Below are positions 38,891-45,900 of a stretch of DNA of 64,000 nucleotides, piece by piece. Position numbers and translations under genes: made by a program. The DNA lies in assembly GCA_963968595.1 (NCBI GenBank), contig CAXAHJ010000004.1:19273-83272 (forward strand). Direction: 5' to 3'. The DNA is from an uncultured Opitutales bacterium (GTDB lineage: Bacteria; Verrucomicrobiota; Verrucomicrobiia; Opitutales; Seribacteraceae). The notes below the pieces were generated by a model. It did no database searches, was not told the origin of the DNA, and saw only the letters and a list, made by a program, of their open reading frames with translations. Position 1 is the stretch's first letter. Each line of letters begins with the position of its first letter.

Positions 38891-39964
38891 TCAGCTCACG
38901 TTCCTATTGATGCAATTGAGGTCATCGAAGGCCGACACGAGGCGCTTGACGAATGCGTTTTCGCCGGAGCGCAACCAAGTGCGTGGATCGTAGTACTTCT
39001 TGTTGGGTACGTCCTCTCCATCGGGGTTACCGAGCTGGGCGTTGAGGTAATCCTTGTTTGCCTTGTAGTAGTCGTGAACGCCGTCCCAGTAGGCCCATTG
39101 CATGTCGGTGTCGAGGTTCATCTTGACGACACCGTAGCCGATGGCTTCGCGAATGTGCTCTCTGGATGAGCCCGAACCACCGTGAAAGACGAAATGGATG
39201 GGCCTGTCCCCCGTGCCGTGCTTCTCTTTGACGTAATCCTGAGAGTTCTTGAGGATTATTGGTGTAAGCTCCACGTTCCCTGGCTTGTAGACGCCATGAA
39301 CGTTTCCGAATGCGGCGGCCACTGTGAAACGATGGCTGATTTCATTGAGGGTTTCGTAGGCTTGGTTGACTTCCTCGGGCTGGGTGTAGAGGCGGGAACT
39401 GTCGATATCGGTGTTGTCTACTCCGTCTTCCTCCCCGCCGGTAACGCCGAGCTCGATCTCGATGGTCATGCCGAGTGGGGCCATACGCTTGAAGTATTCC
39501 TTGCAAGTGCCCAGATTTTCGTCGATCTCCTCCTCGGAAAGGTCAAGCATGTGGGAACTGTAGAGGGCTTTACCTTCTTGCTCGTGAAATTTCTCACCAG
39601 CGTCGAGCAAACCATCGATCCAAGGCAGAAGCTTACGGGCGGCGTGATCGGTGTGGAGAATGACGGGAACGTCATAGGCCTCTGCCATGGCGTGAACGTG
39701 CTTGGCCCCCGAGACGGAGCCGGCGATGGCCGACTTTTGGCCATCGTTCGAGAGGCTCTTTCCCGCATAGAAGACACCTCCGCCGTTGGAGAACTGGATC
39801 ATCACGGGCGATTTCACCTGGGCAGCCGTTTCAAGTACGGCGTTGACCGAGTTGGTGCCAACCACGTTGACCGCCGGAAGCGCATATTCGTTTTCTAGGG
39901 CATCATTGAAGATCGCTTGAACGGCGTCTCCGGTAGCCACTCCACCTGGGAATTTGTTACTCAT
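38891..39964 (-). CDS. fbaA: class II fructose-1,6-bisphosphate aldolase
   Basis: 357 aa. VPVILHTDHA, FHGGSGS, and E. coli FbaA-like length and N-terminus (PGVATGDAVQAIFNDALENEYALPAVNVV). Confidence 0.9.
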   Translation of the reverse strand: MSNKFPGGVATGDAVQAIFNDALENEYALPAVNVVGTNSVNAVLETAAQVKSPVMIQFSNGGGVFYAGKSLSNDGQKSAIAGSVSGAKHVHAMAEAYDVPVILHTDHAARKLLPWIDGLLDAGEKFHEQEGKALYSSHMLDLSEEEIDENLGTCKEYFKRMAPLGMTIEIELGVTGGEEDGVDNTDIDSSRLYTQPEEVNQAYETLNEISHRFTVAAAFGNVHGVYKPGNVELTPIILKNSQDYVKEKHGTGDRPIHFVFHGGSGSSREHIREAIGYGVVKMNLDTDMQWAYWDGVHDYYKANKDYLNAQLGNPDGEDVPNKKYYDPRTWLRSGENAFVKRLVSAFDDLNCINRNVS

Positions 39965-40114
39965 GATTGTATATTTTCGTTATAATAAAAGGATCGATTT
40001 TACTGCAAAGAGATAATGGAAGGAATATCAAAACGTAACCGAGAAAGAGTCGAAAGAAAAAAAAGCGACCCATTGACTGATACGAGAAAGGTAAAAAAGG
40101 CCGGACTCGGGTGA

Positions 40115-40600
40115 TCAGCGAAGCAAATCGCCAATATCGCCCTGCCCAACCGCTTTTTCCACCTCGTCCAACTTGATGAAGGTCGTGCGGGTGTGCGGAA
40201 GCTTGTAGCGCTTGAAGACGCCCTTCTTCAAAAGGTAGTAGAGTTTGCGTTGAGATACTCGGAGCACTTTGGCGGCCTCTGAAATGCGCAGGATTTTGGG
40301 CACCGGGGGCTTGCGAAGCTCGTCCATGTAGTTTTCCTGCGCCATGGCCGTGGATTCGAGTTTATCGATTCGATCATCGATCGAGTCCAGCCGTTCCTTA
40401 ATTTCGCTTAGAGCGAGAAAAATGATTTCGTTCTCAATGGCGAAGTCATCGGAAATACCGAGTTCACGAGCTTTTTCATTACGAAACTTTACGGCGTCGA
40501 TACGACTGCGGAAATACTTCCTGTGACGTTTTTGTCGATAGGTCCAAGTTATGCAGTGAGAGGAGGCCCGACTGGCAACAAAGGAGTAAGAGACTTTCAT
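40115..40600 (-). CDS. DNA-binding protein with C-terminal excisionase/MerR-type helix-turn-helix
   Basis: 161 aa. C-terminus ILRISEAAKVLRVSQRKLYYLLKKGVFKRYKL matches an HTH_17/excisionase-like motif. There is a central coiled-coil stretch (IKERLDSIDDRIDKLESTAMAQENYMDEL) and a basic N-terminus. Confidence 0.55.
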   Translation of the reverse strand: MKVSYSFVASRASSHCITWTYRQKRHRKYFRSRIDAVKFRNEKARELGISDDFAIENEIIFLALSEIKERLDSIDDRIDKLESTAMAQENYMDELRKPPVPKILRISEAAKVLRVSQRKLYYLLKKGVFKRYKLPHTRTTFIKLDEVEKAVGQGDIGDLLR

Positions 40601-40704
40601 GTCGTCAAAATGATAAAGGTATGGTCCGAAAAAGGATTGCCTTTCGCTGGAGAATCTTTGGTTTGAGAGTTGATTATGCCACAGATGGCTCGAAACGAAA
40701 GGCT

Positions 40705-41124
40705 ATGAGCGAAAAGAATTTTCCCGAAGTTGTAAACGAGATTCACCAAAAGGATGCCCGCTACGGCAAAGGGGCTTATTTTTTTGTCCGTGAAGCTCTG
40801 GATCATACTCTCAAGTCAATTGAGAATTCTCCCAAAAAAGATACTGGGCACGTATCGGGCAATCAGTTGCTGGATGGGATTCGAGAATTTGCGCTCGATC
40901 GATTCGGCCCGATGACCATGACCGTACTGGAACACTGGAAGGTGAGCAAGTGCAGGGATTTCGGAGACATTGTCTTCAATCTCGTGGACTACGGGATCTT
41001 GGGACGTACCGACAACGATTCTCCTGAAGATTTCGATCAGGGTTATGACTTTCGTGAGGCTTTCGTGAAACCCTTTTCTCCCGATTCCTCTGCAGACGAC
41101 AAGCAGGAACCGTCTCGTAACTGA
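40705..41124 (+). CDS. hypothetical protein resembling the Planctomycetes/Verrucomicrobia-restricted Minf_1886 family
   Basis: ATG 40705 gives MSEKNFPEVVNEIHQKDARYGKGAYFFVREALDHTLK...HVSGNQLLDGIREFALDRFGPMTMTVLEHWKVSKCRDFGDIVFNLVDYGIL. The family assignment is from memory of that family pattern and has not been searched. Confidence 0.55.
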   Translation: MSEKNFPEVVNEIHQKDARYGKGAYFFVREALDHTLKSIENSPKKDTGHVSGNQLLDGIREFALDRFGPMTMTVLEHWKVSKCRDFGDIVFNLVDYGILGRTDNDSPEDFDQGYDFREAFVKPFSPDSSADDKQEPSRN

Positions 41125-41125
41125 G

Positions 41126-41374
41126 CTAACCACCCAGCACGAAACGCACGATAAAATAGACCAAGGCCATGATGGCCAAGGCGACCATGCAAGAGGCTTG
41201 ACTCTTCGCATAAGGCCCCGAACCGAAAGCTCCCCCCTCATTCATTTCCGCCCGTGCGGCGGAATCACTCTCATCCTCGAATTCCGAATCCATAGAGTCG
41301 AAACCACAAGCGGGGCAGACCTTGCCATCCGACTCATGCCACTCGAAATCACAATCACTGCATTGTCGAAACAT
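41126..41374 (-). CDS. small zinc-ribbon protein with C-terminal TM helix
   Basis: ATG 41374 gives MFRQCSDCDFEWHESDGKVCPACGF (CxxC-N13-CxxC), then an acidic linker, then MVALAIMALVYFIVRFVLGG. The longer ORF start at 41467 would leave only 3 nt to the divergent Sel1 gene. Confidence 0.5.
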   Translation of the reverse strand: MFRQCSDCDFEWHESDGKVCPACGFDSMDSEFEDESDSAARAEMNEGGAFGSGPYAKSQASCMVALAIMALVYFIVRFVLGG

Positions 41375-41470
41375 AACTTTACATCTTCGTCCGCAGAATG
41401 GCAGGGTCGAGAAAAATTCTTGCAAAATGGATAGGGAAAGAAATAAGGCGACTTTCGCCTTGAGCATTAG

Positions 41471-42862
41471 ATGAACTGTCTCAAGGATATCGATTTCCTC
41501 GTGAACATCAAAAGACTTACCACTTCACTTCCCATTATGTTGATGGCAGGTGCGAATTCATTGTTCGCCTCGCCGCTCACCGAGGAATTAGCAACGGTTC
41601 ATGGTAAAGCCCAAGCCGGTGATGCATACTACCAAGGCGCGCTTGCTCTCTTTCACCGACATGGCGAACGTGGATTGAACGTAAATGTAGCAGAAGCCGA
41701 AAAGTGGGCTCGTCTCGCCGCGGCAAAGGATAGTCCCTTCGGGTTGTGCGCACTCGCCGGGATAGAACTGGAAAAAGGCAATTCGGAACGCGGAAGATAC
41801 CTCTATGACGAAGCGTACTTGAATTCGGGCCTTCTCGCCCTTGCCCGCGACGACGATCCTCTCGCCCTTTTCTGCCTGAGCATGATTGAGATAGACAACC
41901 CCCCTCGAAATTTCTCGAAGGCGATACGACACCTGAATAAATCCGCCGACTTAGGATTGGGAGCCGCTCAAAGTACTCTGGGAATGCTTTATTTCACAGG
42001 TATCGGCGTCAAGAAAAACTCTCAAATGGCCATTCGATGGTGCTCGAAGGGAGCGAGGCTACAATCTCCACTGGGAATGTTCTACCTCGGCATGGCATAC
42101 TCGGTCGGGGATGGCATTGATTACAATAAAGACATCGCCGGTCGTTGGCTGCGAGCTGCGGCCGATCGCAACCTTCCAATGGCTCAGCTTACTCTTGGAA
42201 TGAAATACGCCACAGGGGAAAGTCTTGATCGTAATCTGGAGGCGGCCGTAGGTTGGCTGGAGAGAGCCTCCTCAAATGGTTCATCAGAGGCGAAACTACA
42301 ACTTCGCAAGTATCGAGTCCTTCTTGAAAAAGCGCAAAAAGGCGAATCTTCCACGGCCATAGACATGGACCAAAGATCCCTCGCCCAAATTGCAGCTGAT
42401 AAAGCTTCGGTAAACTCGACGAATCTGGATAAAAACTCCACAGTCACCCCCTCCCCGGAATCTTCTCCATTAAGTCCAAAAGAATTGGCTGATCCCGTAA
42501 CCTACGCCCGCAAAGCCTTAACCGTAGAGAAAAACCCGACCAAGGCCATTCGCCTGCTTAAAGGACCAGCGCGTTCGGGGGACTCGGAAGCATCTCGTCT
42601 GCTCGGCACAGTTTATTATCGGGCGAAAGAGTTTGAACAGGCGCGAAGTTGGTTCCAGTCTTCCGCCAAAGGAGGCGATGTTGAAGCCCAACGCTTTCTT
42701 GGGATGATTTTTTTCCTCGGGCAAGGAGTAGAGCAAGATTACGCGCAAGCATCCCATTGGCTGGGAAAAGCTAGCGCAGGCGGCGATACGCAAGCACCCC
42801 GCTACCTTCGCATAGTCGAACAATTCTATAAATCCGACACGACCGCTACGGAAGCACCGTAA
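41471..42862 (+). CDS. Sel1-like repeat (SLR/TPR-like) protein
   Basis: Repeated A..WL..AA..G...AQ..LG..Y..G.GV..(D/N) units: GDAYYQGALALFH, GLGAAQSTLGMLYFTGIGVKKN, NLPMAQLTLGMKYATGESLDRN, GDVEAQRFLGMIFFLGQGVEQD. An S/T/P-rich linker sits before the last repeats. An alternative start at ATG 41537 gives a signal-like MLMAGANSLFA. Confidence 0.8.
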   Translation: MNCLKDIDFLVNIKRLTTSLPIMLMAGANSLFASPLTEELATVHGKAQAGDAYYQGALALFHRHGERGLNVNVAEAEKWARLAAAKDSPFGLCALAGIELEKGNSERGRYLYDEAYLNSGLLALARDDDPLALFCLSMIEIDNPPRNFSKAIRHLNKSADLGLGAAQSTLGMLYFTGIGVKKNSQMAIRWCSKGARLQSPLGMFYLGMAYSVGDGIDYNKDIAGRWLRAAADRNLPMAQLTLGMKYATGESLDRNLEAAVGWLERASSNGSSEAKLQLRKYRVLLEKAQKGESSTAIDMDQRSLAQIAADKASVNSTNLDKNSTVTPSPESSPLSPKELADPVTYARKALTVEKNPTKAIRLLKGPARSGDSEASRLLGTVYYRAKEFEQARSWFQSSAKGGDVEAQRFLGMIFFLGQGVEQDYAQASHWLGKASAGGDTQAPRYLRIVEQFYKSDTTATEAP

Positions 42863-42949
42863 CCATACTATTTAGGCGGGGCGGAATTCCGCAGCATAGG
42901 CTTGAAGCAGAACCGCATGAGCCGATCAAAGCCCACAAAACATAGCCCG

Positions 42950-42984
42950 CAATAGCTTGGAAATCTCTTTGGTGAAAGCTATTG
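42950..42984 (-). terminator. inverted repeat overlapping the stop codon of the giant gene (weak terminator candidate)
   Basis: CAATAGCTT (42950-42958) and AAGCTATTG (42976-42984): 9-bp arms and a 17-nt loop. On the minus strand a TGTTTTGTGGG tract follows 8 nt later. The long loop and the spacer make it weak. Confidence 0.3.
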
Positions 42985-45900
42985 GGCCCAAGATGCCCCG
43001 CGCAAATCTAGATTCAGCTGGTTTGTCGTACCCGATTCGATATAGAATGGCTTGGACCAAACGACGCCGACTTGACCAAGCGGGGCGGTCCCGATGATAT
43101 GGTAAGTTCCAGGAGCAAGCGAACTCACTTTGGCAAGGCCTCGAGCATCAGTTTTGATACGGGCAAGATTTGAATCAGCCAATGCGTTTCGTATATGAGC
43201 AGCAACTCCGGGATATCGGTAACCACTCTGTATTGAACGAGCCCACAACTCGGCAGCGGTCTTGATGCCTTCCCGAACAGGAATCTGGATGCCGGACCTT
43301 TTTACGATAGTGTCCAAATCATCTCTAAGAACGAAAAACTCAATATCGGAGGCAGGTCGCACCTTGTTGTTCAGGAACTGGACATTCGCATTAACCTCCA
43401 AGTTGCCGTCGCCAGTGGGTACCGAACGAACAACGGGGATGGAAGGACTGTTCGAAGAAGCTGCCGAGGGCCTTGTTGATCGACTAAAACCACGTCCACT
43501 TCGCGAAGGCAAAGGCAATGGATCGATTCGCGACGGCACGGGAGAAACCCTAGAAGTTGCAGCGAAACCTCCTCCTACTCCTCGACCGGAGGACAGGGAG
43601 GGAAAAGAACTTCTCGGAGCGGATCCACTTGATGAACTCGAAGCAGATAGTGACCTTATGGGAGATTCGGAAGAACCGCCACCGCGTAAGACCCGAATCG
43701 CATCTCGAAGAGATACCACCGCACCTTCGAGCTGGGCAACCCTATCGCGAGAGATATTCAATTCATTGTCTTGAAGGGTGATCTGCTGCTGTTGAGCCCT
43801 TTCACGCTCAAAGGTTTCCCGCTTAACCTGCTTGGACGCTTGAAGTTCGTTTTGCAAGTCATTGATCTTGGCTCGCTCCCGCTCGATCTGCATTCCGGAG
43901 ATGAGGTTCTTTTGACGCTCTTCTTGGAGTTCACGACCAAGCGCATCGTTACCTTGACTGGACTGAGACAACGTCAATTCTGTCTTCAGCCTTTCATTTT
44001 CTTCGCTAAGTTTTTTCAAGAGAGACGTACCAACAGGAGACGAGCCCGTAAAATCAGGAACTCCTGAAGACACTGATGCCGTGCCAAGGCGAGCCGCATC
44101 AAGCTCGGCACTACGAGTCCGAGCAACACGGAGATCTTCTTCGAGGACAATCAAGCGCCTGTTCGCTTCCTTAAGGTCGGCGTCTGTTCGATCCAAATTC
44201 ATTTTTGCGGATTGCTCGGCATTACGAGCTACCTCTGCCTGTCCCTCGGCTTGCAAAATCCTTGCCCTCAATTCGCCTTCATTCGAACCGACTCCCGAGA
44301 GTGGCATCTTTGCCATGTTTTCTCGTAAAGACAATATGCTTGCATCTCGTTGCTGAACTTGGGCTCGCAAGGTGGCATTTTCTCGAGCAAGAGCATCAGG
44401 AGCACTTCCTCCCCCAATGGCACCGGCTCCTTTTAGACGAGCGTTCTCTGACTCTAGAAAAGCAACGCTGTTTTTTAATTGAGCAAAGTCTTCCAGCGAA
44501 CGCTTAAATTCAGAATTCAACTGCAACACGTCGTTATCACTCTTCCGTAGAGCTAGTCGAGTCTGTTCCAGTTCAGCTCGCAGAGCGGGGGTTGGTGAAT
44601 TAGGGGATGCTTGAGCAGTCTCGGCTTTGGCAGTAGCCAAATCCTGCTGAAGCAATAAAAGATCATTCCCCAAGCCCTGAAGCCCAGCCACTTGAGATTC
44701 ACTCTTTGTTAATGCTCCGCGCGTCTCGTCAAGTTTCGCTTGAAGGGCTTCAACTTGGGTGGTTGAGCTTTGGGCAAGCTGCCCCTTGGCCAAAGCAAGG
44801 TCCTGTTGTAGTTGTACGAGATCATCTCGAAGTCCTTGAGAAGAGCTCAACGCTTCCGTTAAATCCAAAACCTTTTTTTCCGCGGCCGCCTTAGCCAGTT
44901 CCACAGATTCAAATTGAGACAGAGAATAGGCAAGCCGTTGGTTCAGTTCTTCCAGTTCCACCGAAGGTTGATTCTCTGGAGATGTTTTTGCCAGTGCAGC
45001 TAGGCGCTCATTGGCTTGCTGCAAATCAGTTTCGAGTTCCAAAACCTCTCCGTACTTATCGGCCAACTGACTTTGTAACTTGGCAACGTCAGGGTCCTTT
45101 GCCAGAGCACGGGAAGCTAATTCACGAGCCAACTCCAACTCTGCCTTTAGGCTTTCCATCTCCCCACGCAATTCAGCAACTCTCAAGTCAGGTTCAGAGG
45201 ACCCGGGTTGCCGACCAACTGCCTGTGACAGTTGAGAACGCAAGTCATCAAGTTCTTTCCGTAAAGAAGCGGACTGGTCACCGGATTGAGGCAACAACTC
45301 TAATTCTTTTATGCTTTTGGCCAACTTGGCTTCGGCAAGCTCTCGCTCAAGATCTTTAGCCTCCACAATAGACTGCAAACTTGAGATGGTATTTTGAGCC
45401 TCTGCCAGCTCATGTTCCAAGCGATTGAATTTAACTAAGTTCGCAGGAACACCATCCGTTTGAAGAGAATCATTGAATTCCAGTTTGGCCAATTTAGCCT
45501 CAGCAGACATCAACTGTTCGTTAAGGCGTTCGGCCAGCTCATTTTGGCCCGTGTCATCGCCTCGTTGCTTGGCCAAGTCATCCAGTTGAAGTTTCGCACT
45601 GATCAATCGCCGTTCTAAATTAGCGGTCTCGGGAACTTCGTTTCCTTGACGGGCTTCCATTTCGTCCAATTTGCGTTTGGTCATAACCAATTCGCGTTCC
45701 AACAGCTCTAAAGTATTGCCCTTGCCTTGCTCCACGTCCTCCACGCTCGCCTCCAACTCATTGACACGATTACGTGCCAATTCCAATTGTTCCTCAAGGG
45801 CGGTGATAGTACCCACACCTGAATTTTCAGATTGAGCCAAGCGGGCTTCCAGTTTAGCGACTTCTCCTTGAGAACTGAGCAACTGTTCGTTAAGGCGGGC

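Noticed and set aside
39182-39898. 238-aa ORF on the plus strand
   Set aside because: It is antisense to the class II FBP aldolase gene. Shadow ORF.
39965-40114. Possible sigma-70-like promoter for fba (TTGCAG-N17-TTATAA on the minus strand)
   Set aside because: Promoter consensus for this lineage is unknown to me, and the AT-rich spacer offers several equally good matches.
41375-41467. Longer start (ATG 41467) for the zinc-ribbon gene
   Set aside because: It would leave only 3 nt between two divergent start codons (41467 and 41471), with no room for promoters. The internal ATG 41374 sits directly before the CxxC motif.
42881-42892. Perfect palindrome GCGGAATTCCGC between the convergent Sel1 and giant genes
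   Set aside because: It is too short and has no loop (effective 4-bp stem) to call a terminator or operator. It could occur by chance.
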